Origin: an uncultured Gammaproteobacteria bacterium
Lineage (GTDB): Bacteria > Patescibacteriota > Microgenomatia > Levybacterales > UBA12049
Assembly: GCA_964474445.1 (NCBI GenBank)
Contig: CAYYSJ010000001.1
Location: 270,530 to 334,529 of the forward strand
Direction: 5' to 3'
DNA length: 64,000 nucleotides
Shown: one piece after another, positions 30,417 through 40,519 of the stretch
Layout of the letters: every line of letters begins with the position of its first letter
How positions within the stretch are numbered: the stretch's first letter is position 1
Notes under the pieces: generated by a model
Database searches by the model: none
Told to the model about the DNA's origin: nothing
The model's input: the letters and a program-made list of their open reading frames with translations, nothing else
Program-made: the position numbers and the translations under genes

Positions 30417-32180
30417 TTACTTCACAACAACACTTTTCGCCAAATTGCGGGGCTTATCTGGGTCCGCAAACCCTTTTTGAAGTGCTAATTCATACGCAAG
30501 CAATTGAGACACCACAACTTGTGGAATAATGGTGGCTATACCAATATCAGCAGTATGAATGAAAACATCAAACACAGCATTTGCTTTTGGTCCTATGCCG
30601 ATAATATATCCACCTCGTGCTTTTATTTCTTGTGCATTAGAAATTATTTCTTCATAGGTTTCGTCATATGGTGCCATAACAATACAAGGAGTTCCTTTTT
30701 CAATCAGTGCAATCACACCATGTTTTAATTCTCCACCAGCAAATCCTTCCGCATGAATATATGTTGTTTCTTTTAATTTGAGTGCTGCTTCAAGAGCTGC
30801 TGCATACGATACTCCTCTCCCGATAATATATATATGCTCTTTATTTTTTAGATAGGATGCAAGTTCTTTAATCTTTTTTTGTGTTGGTGTTTTAAATAGT
30901 TCAGTAATATTTTTTGCAGCCGCATGTAACAGCTGTTGTCCATCTGCAAATTTCTTTCCTAAATAGTATGCAGTTGAGATCAATATAGAGAGCATTGCAA
31001 TAAAGCTTTTTGTTGCAATTACTGCCTTTTCTGGTCCTGCTTGTAAAAGAACATGCATATCAGACTGCCGATATAGCGTTGAACCAAGGACATTGACGAT
31101 AGATGCAATTTTTGCACCTCTTTTCTTTGCATTTGCAACTGGATCTACAACATCAATTGTTTCTCCACTTTGAGAAATAGGAATAACAAGACTTTCAGGG
31201 GTAAGGTAATCCTCCAAATATTTAAATTCTGATCCAACAGAAAAATTAACATGTTTTTTTGCAATTTTTGAGAAGAAATATACTCCAGCAAGTGCAGCAT
31301 AGGAAGCAGTGCCACACCCGAGGAAAAATGTTCCGTAGGCTTTTTCAATAAGTGACGCAAATTGTTTTATTTGACTTTCGCCATTGAGTGCAATATTTTC
31401 AATAATTTTTGGCTGTTCATGAATTTCTTTTTCTAAGAAGTGTTTATATTCCCCTTTTTCTGCAGATTCAAATTCCCAATCAATTTTTGTTATGATCGGT
31501 TTTATTTCTTTTCCACTTGGAAGCTGGATCAGTTTCAGCGACTCACCCAGTATCACCATTTGATTATCCTCAAGAAAGATAACATCTCTGGTATGTTTGA
31601 TAATTCCTGAAACATCTGATGCAACATAGAGTCCATCATTACCAATGCCTGCAACAATTGGAGAACCATTTTTGACTGCAATAATTTCTTTTGATAAGGC
31701 ATTTGCTACGACAAACGCGTTAAATCCTCTCACGGCAAGAAATGCATTTTTCACTGCTGTTGCAAAACCTGATGATTTGAGATTTTCTTCTATAAGATGC
31801 ACTGCTACTTCCGTATCTGTTTCAGAGACAAAGGTGTGTCCTCTTTTAAGAAGTCCATCTTTTATTTCTTGAAAATTTTCAATAATACCGTTATGAACCA
31901 GTGCAATTTGTTTGTGACAGTCGAGGTGAGGATGGGCATTTGCTACTGTTACCCCTCCATGGGTTGCCCAACGTGTGTGTCCGATACCAAGGATACTTTC
32001 TGGAAGTACTGTCTTTGCATCACCAATTTTCCCAATGTGCTTTTCAACAACAAGTTTTTTCCCTTCTTTTACTGCTATTCCCCAAGAGTCATACCCTCTA
32101 TATTCCAGCAATTTGAGTCCATAGAGCACGTCTTCTGCAGCCGAATCTTTTATCCCTACATACGCAAATATTCCACACAT
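30417..32180 (-). CDS. glmS: glutamine--fructose-6-phosphate aminotransferase GlmS
   Basis: MCGIFAY N-terminal nucleophile Cys, two SIS domains. Confidence 0.95.
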   Translation of the reverse strand: MCGIFAYVGIKDSAAEDVLYGLKLLEYRGYDSWGIAVKEGKKLVVEKHIGKIGDAKTVLPESILGIGHTRWATHGGVTVANAHPHLDCHKQIALVHNGIIENFQEIKDGLLKRGHTFVSETDTEVAVHLIEENLKSSGFATAVKNAFLAVRGFNAFVVANALSKEIIAVKNGSPIVAGIGNDGLYVASDVSGIIKHTRDVIFLEDNQMVILGESLKLIQLPSGKEIKPIITKIDWEFESAEKGEYKHFLEKEIHEQPKIIENIALNGESQIKQFASLIEKAYGTFFLGCGTASYAALAGVYFFSKIAKKHVNFSVGSEFKYLEDYLTPESLVIPISQSGETIDVVDPVANAKKRGAKIASIVNVLGSTLYRQSDMHVLLQAGPEKAVIATKSFIAMLSILISTAYYLGKKFADGQQLLHAAAKNITELFKTPTQKKIKELASYLKNKEHIYIIGRGVSYAAALEAALKLKETTYIHAEGFAGGELKHGVIALIEKGTPCIVMAPYDETYEEIISNAQEIKARGGYIIGIGPKANAVFDVFIHTADIGIATIIPQVVVSQLLAYELALQKGFADPDKPRNLAKSVVVK

Positions 32181-32183
32181 AGC

Positions 32184-32831
32184 TTAATCTTTCAGTAATG
32201 ATACCACGTCTGCTAGGTTTGTCACTATGGCATCTGGTTCAAAGCCTGAAGGCAACTCGGCTTGGAGAGCAAATTTCCCTCTCTTTATCCATATAGTAAA
32301 AAGGTCATTTTTGAGTAATTTTGCTTTATGAAGTATGGTCACTAGGTCATCAATCAAGACGACTTTCTCTCTTTGATATGTACGCATTAACTCGGGCAAC
32401 GTCTCTTCCTTAAATTCTGCAACATGAACATGTTTTGTTTCAAAAAAATCTGATAAAGAAGAAATTTTCTGGAGTTGAAATGCTGTTTTTCCTGCTGAGA
32501 AAATTCCCAAGGCAATATTGTTTCTTTCCTGAAGTTTTTGCAGCGTCAGTAATACCTCAGGATACAATGCCTTCTTGATAGTATCTGTATCAAACCAAAG
32601 AGACTCAATTTCCTCTTCTGCTACTGTTAAGGCATGTTTCTTAGTGAAAAGCTGAGCAAATAGTTTTGGATCAAAACTTCCTTTCTGTCTAACTTCATAA
32701 TATACTTCATCTATGAGTTTTACATCTGCATGAGGAACATACGACACTAACATGTCTGCAACAAGTTGTTTAAATCGTGTTGTATCAAAAAGTGTATAGT
32801 CAATATCAAAAAGAACTATTTTCTTATTCAT
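32184..32831 (-). CDS. HAD-superfamily hydrolase
   Basis: Motif I LFDIDYTLFDT (DxDxT), motif III/IV Asp near C-terminus. Confidence 0.65.
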   Translation of the reverse strand: MNKKIVLFDIDYTLFDTTRFKQLVADMLVSYVPHADVKLIDEVYYEVRQKGSFDPKLFAQLFTKKHALTVAEEEIESLWFDTDTIKKALYPEVLLTLQKLQERNNIALGIFSAGKTAFQLQKISSLSDFFETKHVHVAEFKEETLPELMRTYQREKVVLIDDLVTILHKAKLLKNDLFTIWIKRGKFALQAELPSGFEPDAIVTNLADVVSLLKD

Positions 32832-34077
32832 GTTTTCTTTTTCTTACAATAGTTTTAAATTTTGTGTAATAGATACTGTCATCTTCGACATTCTCCATGA
32901 CAACAGTTGATGGTCCCACAGTCACATTGTTACCAATAATAATCCCTGGCATAATGGTCACATTGACTCCAAAATTCGTATTCTCCCCTGCAATAGCGCC
33001 AACATGAGTCCTATGTGTGTTTACAGTTTCATTTCTCACTTTTGAATGAATATATCCTCTATCTAGTCTGACGTTTGCAGTAAGAAATCCTGCAGCAAGT
33101 CTTGTGTTTGCTCCGATAATGCTATCACCAATAAAACCTGTATGAGTTGTAGTGCTTTGGAAAATAATGGAATTTTTTACTTCCATCGTTGCTCCTATGA
33201 CAACATTTTTTTCAACGATAACCCCATTACGAAGAATTGCGTTATTTCCAACAATGACATTCTCACCCAAAAAACATGGACCCTTAATACATGCTCCTTC
33301 AAGTATCTGCACCCCGTCTGAGACATACACAGGACCGACAAGGACGGCATTCGGAGCAATTCTTGCTTTTTTACTGATATGAGAACGAACATCTTTAAGC
33401 AACAGATCTTTTACAGACAACAAATCCCAGGCATATTTCAATGTTATTGTTTCCATGTGAGCAAGTGTATAACCAACTCGGCCTTCTTTCGCGTAAGCAT
33501 CAAGTGCTTTTTCAAAATGATAGTGCTCAATAGGCGTTTCTTCTAATACCGCGAGGAACTGTTTCGAGAGTAGGTACATGCCAATAACGCGCAGGCCTTT
33601 CCCCATCTTTTGTGAGGGTTTTTCGACAACATGCTTTACTTCCTTTCCGGCAACATCCAACACACCGTATTCTGCAAGAGTAACATCTTCCTTGGCAAGT
33701 AGTACAACATCATGCCGTCTATCTTTTGCTTGCAACAATTGGGGAATAGCATCTGCACATTCAAAATGATATGCACTTAAAAGAAAAAATGAATCTTCTA
33801 CGTATTCTTTTGCTGATAATAATGCATGACCCATACCAAGTGTTTCCTTTTGCACAACGTATCGAATCGACATACCAGGAATATCAGGAATCATTGAAGC
33901 AATAGAACTTTCCTCTGCTATAACAATAATGACATTTGTTACATGAGCTTTTTTTAGCGATAACAGGGTATGATGGAGAAGGGATATATCCATAAGAGGA
34001 GTAATAGATTTATGAGGAAACGATACAAATGGATAAAATCGCTTTGATTTACCTGCTGCTAAAATAACTGCCTGCAT
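32824..34077 (-). CDS. sugar-1-phosphate nucleotidyltransferase fused to left-handed beta-helix acyltransferase (GlmU-like, archaeal-type)
   Basis: N-terminal ILAAGKSKRF NTP-transferase loop. C-terminal hexapeptide repeats (IGNNVTVG etc). Confidence 0.7.
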   Translation of the reverse strand: MQAVILAAGKSKRFYPFVSFPHKSITPLMDISLLHHTLLSLKKAHVTNVIIVIAEESSIASMIPDIPGMSIRYVVQKETLGMGHALLSAKEYVEDSFFLLSAYHFECADAIPQLLQAKDRRHDVVLLAKEDVTLAEYGVLDVAGKEVKHVVEKPSQKMGKGLRVIGMYLLSKQFLAVLEETPIEHYHFEKALDAYAKEGRVGYTLAHMETITLKYAWDLLSVKDLLLKDVRSHISKKARIAPNAVLVGPVYVSDGVQILEGACIKGPCFLGENVIVGNNAILRNGVIVEKNVVIGATMEVKNSIIFQSTTTHTGFIGDSIIGANTRLAAGFLTANVRLDRGYIHSKVRNETVNTHRTHVGAIAGENTNFGVNVTIMPGIIIGNNVTVGPSTVVMENVEDDSIYYTKFKTIVRKRKHE

Positions 34078-34080
34078 AGA

Positions 34081-34824
34081 TTATGCTTGCACGTTGGCAT
34101 ATAATGTTTGTGCCTCTGCAAGTTCTTCCTTCGTATTGACGCCTCGCCAAGGAATATTTCCTACATTCATTGTTTCTACTTTTTCATGATGTTTCACTGC
34201 TAATTCCACTAAACTTACTAAATAATATTCACTAGTGATGTTACTTTTTTTCACTTTTGGGAGGTATTTTTTTAAGAAGTCATAGGTAAAAAGATAACAG
34301 GCGGGGTTAATTTCCTTTATGTTTCTTTCCTCATCAGTTGCATCTTTTTCCTCAACGATTTTTACGAGATTTCCCTCTCGATCTCTGACAATTCTTCCTA
34401 AACCAAATGGATTATCCTGTTCGAGGGTAAGAAAAGTAAATGCAGCTTGAGAACTCAGATGTTTTTCAATGAGTTTTGCAATGGTATCCTGTTTATAGAA
34501 TGCTGAGTCATCACCATTAAGGATTAATACATGGTTAATGGTGGCAGGAAGTTTCTCAAATCCTTTTCGAGCAGCATGCGCAGTTCCAAGTCTTTTTTTC
34601 TGTTCAGCAAAAAAAACTTTTTCACCCAGAATATTCATGACTGATTCTTTTGCAAAACCTACAACAATAACTAATGGGTGGATATTGAGACTCTCTAAAA
34701 GTTCTACAGAATGAACAATCATCGGTTTATCCGCCAACATAAGGGTTACTTTATTTGCCGTCTTTGATTTCATCCGAGAACCTTTTCCTGCTGCTAAAAC
34801 AATTGCTCCAATTTTCGGTATCAT
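34081..34824 (-). CDS. GlmU N-terminal-type UDP-GlcNAc pyrophosphorylase domain protein (split GlmU)
   Basis: VLAAGKGSRMKS and AEQKKRLGTAHA match the E. coli GlmU uridyltransferase blocks LAAGKGTRMYS and AEQLGTGHA. No LbH domain. Confidence 0.7.
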   Translation of the reverse strand: MIPKIGAIVLAAGKGSRMKSKTANKVTLMLADKPMIVHSVELLESLNIHPLVIVVGFAKESVMNILGEKVFFAEQKKRLGTAHAARKGFEKLPATINHVLILNGDDSAFYKQDTIAKLIEKHLSSQAAFTFLTLEQDNPFGLGRIVRDREGNLVKIVEEKDATDEERNIKEINPACYLFTYDFLKKYLPKVKKSNITSEYYLVSLVELAVKHHEKVETMNVGNIPWRGVNTKEELAEAQTLYANVQA

Positions 34825-36155
34825 ACTTCTGCCTCCTTTACTCGTTTAATGTTCGCCCCAAGAACAGATAATCTCTTTTCAAATGCTTCGTATCCTCTCT
34901 CCAGTTTTTCAATACCAAAAATAGTACTTTCTCCTTTTGCAGCGAGTGCTGCCAAAACAACAGCTGCACCTGCACGAATATCAATCGTTGTTAGTACTGC
35001 ATTATGGAGAGGCGTTGGCCCTGCTACCTCAATTGCATGGATATATTCATCATTATCATCCTCTAAGTTAAAGTTATACAATGTTTCTGGATTTTCAACA
35101 TGCGGGTATGCAGGTTCGATACGCGCTCCCATTTTTTTAAGATCAGTTATATACCCAAATTTATTCTCAAAAACAGTTTCATGAATAAAGGAAGTTCCAT
35201 GTGCTTGTGTCATAAGGACTGCCCAAGGAGCTTGCCAATCTGTCATAAACCCTGGATAAATTTGTGTGACAACTTTTGTCGACTGTAGTTCGCCTTTGTA
35301 GAAAAATCGCACACCTTTGGTTGTTTCCTCATAACCACCACCAGCTATTTCTATTTCGTGCAAAAATTCTTTAATATCATGACTTCTTGCTCCTTCAATA
35401 AATATGTCCCCTTTTGTCAAAAGAGCAGCAATCGCAAAGGTTACGACTTCATTTCTATCAGGACTAATGGTAAATTCTGTTCCATGGAGTTTTTCAACAC
35501 CAACAATAGTTATTTCCCGGTGATTTGTTCTTTTTACATTCCCTCCCATTGCATTGAGGAGTTCTATCAAATCATCTATTTCCGGCTCTTCTGCAGCATT
35601 TCGCAAAATAGTTGTACCCTTCGCAAGAACCGCTGCTAAGATAAACGATTCTGTTCCTGTATGTGTGCTTTTGGTGAATGTATATTCTGTAGCATGTAAC
35701 TGCTGAGCCTTTGCGTGAAAGTACCCATCTTCACTATGGTAGGTAATTTCAGCACCTAAGTGAGCAATACCATCGACAAGTCTATCAACTGGTCGTGCAC
35801 CAAGACGGCATCCGCCGGGATTTGGAATAATTGCTTCTCCCGTTCGAACTAACAATGGTGCAATAAACATCACTGAGGTTCGGGCTAATGAGGCTTTTTC
35901 AAGGGGAATTGCAGAATTAAGAATTTTTGGTATATGAACATGTGCTTCATGGTCATGTATTGTTACCTCTCCCCCCAATTCTTTGACAATTTCAGCCATG
36001 ACTGAAAAATCTGAAATAAGTGGCACGTTTTTAATCACTACTTTTTCGTCAGTCAGACATGCAGCAACAAGTGCTTTTAATGCCACGTTTTTAGAGCCAG
36101 ATACTCGAACGTTTCCAACTAATCTATTTCCACCTTTTACAACAAACTTCTCCAT
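34821..36155 (-). CDS. murA: UDP-N-acetylglucosamine 1-carboxyvinyltransferase MurA
   Basis: EPSP-synthase fold, GSKNVALKAL motif, active-site Cys in NPGGCRLGARPVD. Confidence 0.93.
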   Translation of the reverse strand: MEKFVVKGGNRLVGNVRVSGSKNVALKALVAACLTDEKVVIKNVPLISDFSVMAEIVKELGGEVTIHDHEAHVHIPKILNSAIPLEKASLARTSVMFIAPLLVRTGEAIIPNPGGCRLGARPVDRLVDGIAHLGAEITYHSEDGYFHAKAQQLHATEYTFTKSTHTGTESFILAAVLAKGTTILRNAAEEPEIDDLIELLNAMGGNVKRTNHREITIVGVEKLHGTEFTISPDRNEVVTFAIAALLTKGDIFIEGARSHDIKEFLHEIEIAGGGYEETTKGVRFFYKGELQSTKVVTQIYPGFMTDWQAPWAVLMTQAHGTSFIHETVFENKFGYITDLKKMGARIEPAYPHVENPETLYNFNLEDDNDEYIHAIEVAGPTPLHNAVLTTIDIRAGAAVVLAALAAKGESTIFGIEKLERGYEAFEKRLSVLGANIKRVKEAEV

Positions 36156-36161
36156 AGGTCT

Positions 36162-37598
36162 TTAAGACAGTGAAGGAGCACCTTCGTGCTCCAAAATTTC
36201 ATTTGCTATTGTATAGATGTCCCCAGCTCCCATGGTAATGATAACAGTATCTTTCCCATAACGCTTTTGACGTATGTATTGTACCACATTTTCAAGCGTT
36301 TGAGCGAAGGCTGCCTCTTTCCCTTGCTTTTTAAGACCCTCAGCAATTTGAGAGGAGGAAACAGATAAGTCTCTTTCCTCTCTTGCAGATGGGTATATTT
36401 CTGCAAGAACTACCGTATCCGCCAGATTTAATGAGTCTATAAACTGTTCGAGCAATAATTTTGTTCGAGAGTAGGTATGAGGCTGGAATAAACAGACGAT
36501 TTTTTTGTTAGGAAATTTTTCTCGAAAAGACTGCAGTGTTTTTTCGATTTCCGTTGGATGATGGGCATAGTCATCATACAAAAGTGCTCCCGTTGGTAGC
36601 TCTCCAATATATTCAAGACGCCTTTTTGTCCCGGCAAATTGTTGGAGTCCAGTCTTAATAGTATCAGGAGACAACCCAACCATTTCGCCGACAATATATG
36701 CTGCCAAAGCATTCAGGGCATTATGCTTTCCTGTTAGCTGTAACGTGAATGCATGTTTTTCTGTTTTTGAAACAAAGACGACCTTTTGTTGCCCATCAAC
36801 CCTTTCCGTATGGGAAATCGCATAATCATTATGGGAAGAAAATCCATAAGTAATAACTTTTGCTTTTGCATGCTCGATTATTTTTCGTATGATAGGGTCA
36901 TCTCCACAAACAATGGCAAGACCATCCTCAGGAAGAAATGAAACAAATTTTTCAAACGCTTTTTCCACATCTAAAAGAGTTGGATACATATCAGGATGAT
37001 CATGCTCCACATTTGTTACAACAGCAATTGATGGATTCTGCAAAAGCATTTTTGGAGTCTTATCATAATGTGGCTCGTTAGCATATTCATCTGCCTCTGC
37101 AACAAAATATTCTCCTTTTCCAAAATGTCCTGAGACACCAAGTGATGGAATATCCGAAGTACCAATCACCCAGGAAGGCTGAAGTCCTGAGAACTCCAAA
37201 ACAGTTGCAACCATTGCCGTTGTTGTTGTCTTACCATGTGTTCCTGCAATTGAAATACCTTTTTGTGTCCTTCCAAATAATTCACCCTTCATAAATTCTC
37301 CCACAGCCTGTCCTTGCGTGAGAACTGGAGTATGTTGTTCTTTTGCTGCAACAACTTCTGGATTATCAAATCCTCCATGAGCACCTGTTGTGATGACAAG
37401 ATCAGTCTCCTTCACATGTGCTTGATCAAAACCAACTACTGGAGTAATCCCAACACGATGTAACATGCTATCTGTAATAAATCCTGCTGCAATATCACTT
37501 CCTGTCACCACAAACCCTGCCTCTTTCGCAATAACTGCAAGAGGAGCCATTCCCACTCCCTTTATTCCAACAAAATGAATAGAATGAACATTTCTCAT
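36162..37598 (-). CDS. murC: UDP-N-acetylmuramate--L-alanine ligase MurC
   Basis: IHFVGIKGVGMAPLA N-terminal motif, GTHGKTTTT P-loop, DDYAHHPTEI C-terminal motif. Confidence 0.93.
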   Translation of the reverse strand: MRNVHSIHFVGIKGVGMAPLAVIAKEAGFVVTGSDIAAGFITDSMLHRVGITPVVGFDQAHVKETDLVITTGAHGGFDNPEVVAAKEQHTPVLTQGQAVGEFMKGELFGRTQKGISIAGTHGKTTTTAMVATVLEFSGLQPSWVIGTSDIPSLGVSGHFGKGEYFVAEADEYANEPHYDKTPKMLLQNPSIAVVTNVEHDHPDMYPTLLDVEKAFEKFVSFLPEDGLAIVCGDDPIIRKIIEHAKAKVITYGFSSHNDYAISHTERVDGQQKVVFVSKTEKHAFTLQLTGKHNALNALAAYIVGEMVGLSPDTIKTGLQQFAGTKRRLEYIGELPTGALLYDDYAHHPTEIEKTLQSFREKFPNKKIVCLFQPHTYSRTKLLLEQFIDSLNLADTVVLAEIYPSAREERDLSVSSSQIAEGLKKQGKEAAFAQTLENVVQYIRQKRYGKDTVIITMGAGDIYTIANEILEHEGAPSLS

Positions 37599-38818
37599 AG
37601 ATGCTTACTTTCTAACACTGTTGCAACAACTCTAAATTCATCCCATGGTTCTTCTCCCTTTCCATAATTCATTGATTTTTCATGCGCTTTTCCTGTGCAA
37701 ACAACAAAATCTCCTTTTTTGGCCATAGAAATTGCTTTTTTTATAGCCATTTTTCTATCTGCAATTGTATAGACTTCTACCTTTCTTTTGCTATCTATAC
37801 CATTTTGGATTTCTTGCATAATTTTTTCCGAATCTTCTTTTCGTGGATCTTCGGATGTTAGAATAATAACATCATCATAGAAAGAGGCAACCTTTCCCAT
37901 TTCCGGTCTTTTTGAGATATCTCTGTCTCCTGCACTACCAAAAACATGAATCAGTTTTCCTTCAGTACGTTCCCTCAGTGAGGATAATAATTGTTCGAAT
38001 GCATTTGGCGTATGAGCAAAATCTATCATAACGGTAAAACCCTTCTCATAAACTATCTCACTTCTTCCTCGTGGAAGAATAAATGTCTTTAATGCTTTTT
38101 CAACTATCTCATGGGAGACACCAAGCTGCATAACGGCAATTGCTGCAGCAAGAGCATTATATTTGTTATAGAGTTCCTCAATACTATGAGGAATTTTTAT
38201 ATCTGAGAAGGACATATCAACTCCATCCTTTGCGCCGTAAGTAATAACTCGGAGACTTTTTCGAAGGAAGTATTTGACTTTATGATACGAACGATCATCT
38301 TTATTCACCATTGCAATCCTAGCACGGTTTAACAGTTGTAGCTTTGCCTGCACATACTCTGCATAGGTTTTGTGGTAATCTAAATGCTCATGAGTAATAT
38401 TGGTTAAAACTCCTATCTCAAAAGGAATTCCCCACACTCTATTCTGATCGAGTGCATGGGAAGTCACTTCAAGGACAAGATACTGTCTTCCTTTTCCTTT
38501 TGCAGCTTCTGCTAAAAACTGTTGCAACTTTATCGATGAAGGGGTTGTCACATGAAACCCTATATCTGACTCTTTTCCATGGATGATCGCACCCACAGTT
38601 GAAATCATTGAGACAGGATATCCTGCTTCTTTTAAGAGGTGGTAAATAAGATTTACTGTTGTTGTCTTTCCATCAGTGCCAGTAACACCAATAACAGTTA
38701 ATTTTTTCGCGGGAAAACCATAAACGAGGTTAGCAAAGATGGCAACAAGAAGATGGTAGATATTTTTTACTTTCTGCCACATAATACTATTATACTCTTT
38801 CTCTCTTACCAAAACCAA
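37595..38818 (-). CDS. murE: UDP-MurNAc-tripeptide synthetase MurE (short N-terminal domain)
   Basis: VIGVTGTDGKTTT P-loop, DFAHTPNAFEQLL, C-terminal GSAGDRD...TSEDPRKED resembling the DNPR motif of meso-DAP-adding MurE. Confidence 0.8.
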   Translation of the reverse strand: MVLVREKEYNSIMWQKVKNIYHLLVAIFANLVYGFPAKKLTVIGVTGTDGKTTTVNLIYHLLKEAGYPVSMISTVGAIIHGKESDIGFHVTTPSSIKLQQFLAEAAKGKGRQYLVLEVTSHALDQNRVWGIPFEIGVLTNITHEHLDYHKTYAEYVQAKLQLLNRARIAMVNKDDRSYHKVKYFLRKSLRVITYGAKDGVDMSFSDIKIPHSIEELYNKYNALAAAIAVMQLGVSHEIVEKALKTFILPRGRSEIVYEKGFTVMIDFAHTPNAFEQLLSSLRERTEGKLIHVFGSAGDRDISKRPEMGKVASFYDDVIILTSEDPRKEDSEKIMQEIQNGIDSKRKVEVYTIADRKMAIKKAISMAKKGDFVVCTGKAHEKSMNYGKGEEPWDEFRVVATVLESKHL

Positions 38819-38839
38819 TAAAAGATCTATAATATTTGT

Positions 38840-39148
38840 ATGGTTACAATTTCAGTTCATCAGTTAACATCCTTAAAAGAAAAAACACTTGGACTTCTTA
38901 AGAGCAAAAAAGCTTATCCAATCCTCTTTCATACTCGATTTGGTATTCATACCTTTGGCATGAGATATCCCATTGCGGTTGCAATCTTGGATAACACAAA
39001 TACCATTAAGAAATTAGAGGCAGATCTAAAACCTAATAGGCTTTTTTTCTGGAATCCTCTCTTTGATACTGTCGTTGAGCTTCCACGAGGTATGATTCAT
39101 GAATTAAGGCTGCATGTAGGAATGCAAATCGCGTTACAACGTTTCTGA
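38840..39148 (+). CDS. DUF192 (COG1430) family protein
   Basis: ILFHTRFGIHTFGMRYPIAVAILD pattern typical of DUF192. Only plus-strand gene inside the dcw cluster. Confidence 0.6.
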   Translation: MVTISVHQLTSLKEKTLGLLKSKKAYPILFHTRFGIHTFGMRYPIAVAILDNTNTIKKLEADLKPNRLFFWNPLFDTVVELPRGMIHELRLHVGMQIALQRF

Positions 39149-40519
39149 TCTTTTTTTATCCCAAAATTCCCCACGCCGGGTTAACTTGGCAACATCTTTT
39201 TTATCTGCAAGAACCAATTCGACTACTCGCTCTAAAAAGAGCGTATTCTGGGATCCTTTTACAAGGACAACATCTCCATGTTGCACTGTCCGAAGAATTG
39301 CTACCTTAGCAGAAGTAACATCAGGAAAATTTTCAAAAGGAAAATCTACTTTCTTCAAAATAGGGATAGCATACTTATCCAGTTGGGGACCAATAAGAAT
39401 TGCAAAATCAACGGTTTTGATAAGCCTTTTTGCTACTTCTTCATGATGAAATTGACTTTCCTCCCCTAACTCACGCATATCACCGATAATGGCCACTTTC
39501 CTTTTTTTGCCTGCAATTTCTTTCGTAAAATCTAAAATATCCAATATTGGAGGAAGGGTTGCATTATTGTAGGTTGAGTCAATAATTGTTGTATTTTTGA
39601 TTCCCTTGAAAAAACTCAATCTTCCTGCTGGTAGAGAAAAATTCTTTTCAAGTGACGCGATACAGTCATCAACTGATAAGTCCAAAGCTCCCCCGATAGC
39701 AATCGCAAGTAAAAATTCATATGCATAATGCAGAGGTAATGGTTGGGAAATAGTAAGAGGATATGATGCACCTTCAAATTCTACCTTCATAGAAAATTCG
39801 CTTAACGTATTTTTCATGTCTTTCCCTATCAAGTCAGCATCTTTCTCTAAAGAAACAGTTACTTGGTCTGCTGCAATTGATTTTTGCGATTTTCGTATCT
39901 CTTCGTCGTCAACATTCACAATGGCAACTCCATCTGTTGAAAGTGAACGAAGCAACAATGTCTCTTGCTCAGCAGTCATTGAAAGGACTTCCTGCTGTTT
40001 TTTCTCAGGATCTATTTCCGTGGCATATGGTTCAAAATACATGCTATGTTCAAGAGACACATTTGTCACCACTCCAATCGTTGGTTGAATAATTCGGAGA
40101 AGATAGGACATATTTTTAGGCTCAACAGGACTATCAATACCCATTTCGGCAATATAATATTGGTACTTTTTCCAATTAGTCAGAAGCTGCCATGGAACAA
40201 GCAGAAAAGTAAGAAGCCATGTGAGCAGTGAAGTATCAGACATATGGATGTCTAAAATATCAAGAGGAATTCCCGTCTCACTATTTTTGCCTTCACTCCC
40301 TTTAACTGTAAATCGATCACACAACATTTCATACACAAGACGAGTTAATGAGGTTTTTCCACTGCTTCCAGCAACACCAATAATTATTGGTTGCATTTTC
40401 AGAAGTTGGAGTTTGGCGGCAAGGCGCAGGTATTCTAAGGCAACCATATAGAGAAGTTTCTTCATACTAAACGTATTATATCGCAGAAAGCTTGACTGTG
40501 AGCTATGGTATTTATTCAT
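39134..40519 (-). CDS. murF: UDP-MurNAc-tripeptide--D-Ala-D-Ala ligase MurF
   Basis: IIGVAGSSGKTS P-loop, GKNSETGIPLDIL (MurF NNeiGvPLtlL block), C-terminal IGDMRELGEESQFHH. Start uncertain: the longer ORF to 40633 overlaps ftsI. Confidence 0.75.
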   Translation of the reverse strand: MNKYHSSQSSFLRYNTFSMKKLLYMVALEYLRLAAKLQLLKMQPIIIGVAGSSGKTSLTRLVYEMLCDRFTVKGSEGKNSETGIPLDILDIHMSDTSLLTWLLTFLLVPWQLLTNWKKYQYYIAEMGIDSPVEPKNMSYLLRIIQPTIGVVTNVSLEHSMYFEPYATEIDPEKKQQEVLSMTAEQETLLLRSLSTDGVAIVNVDDEEIRKSQKSIAADQVTVSLEKDADLIGKDMKNTLSEFSMKVEFEGASYPLTISQPLPLHYAYEFLLAIAIGGALDLSVDDCIASLEKNFSLPAGRLSFFKGIKNTTIIDSTYNNATLPPILDILDFTKEIAGKKRKVAIIGDMRELGEESQFHHEEVAKRLIKTVDFAILIGPQLDKYAIPILKKVDFPFENFPDVTSAKVAILRTVQHGDVVLVKGSQNTLFLERVVELVLADKKDVAKLTRRGEFWDKKRSETL

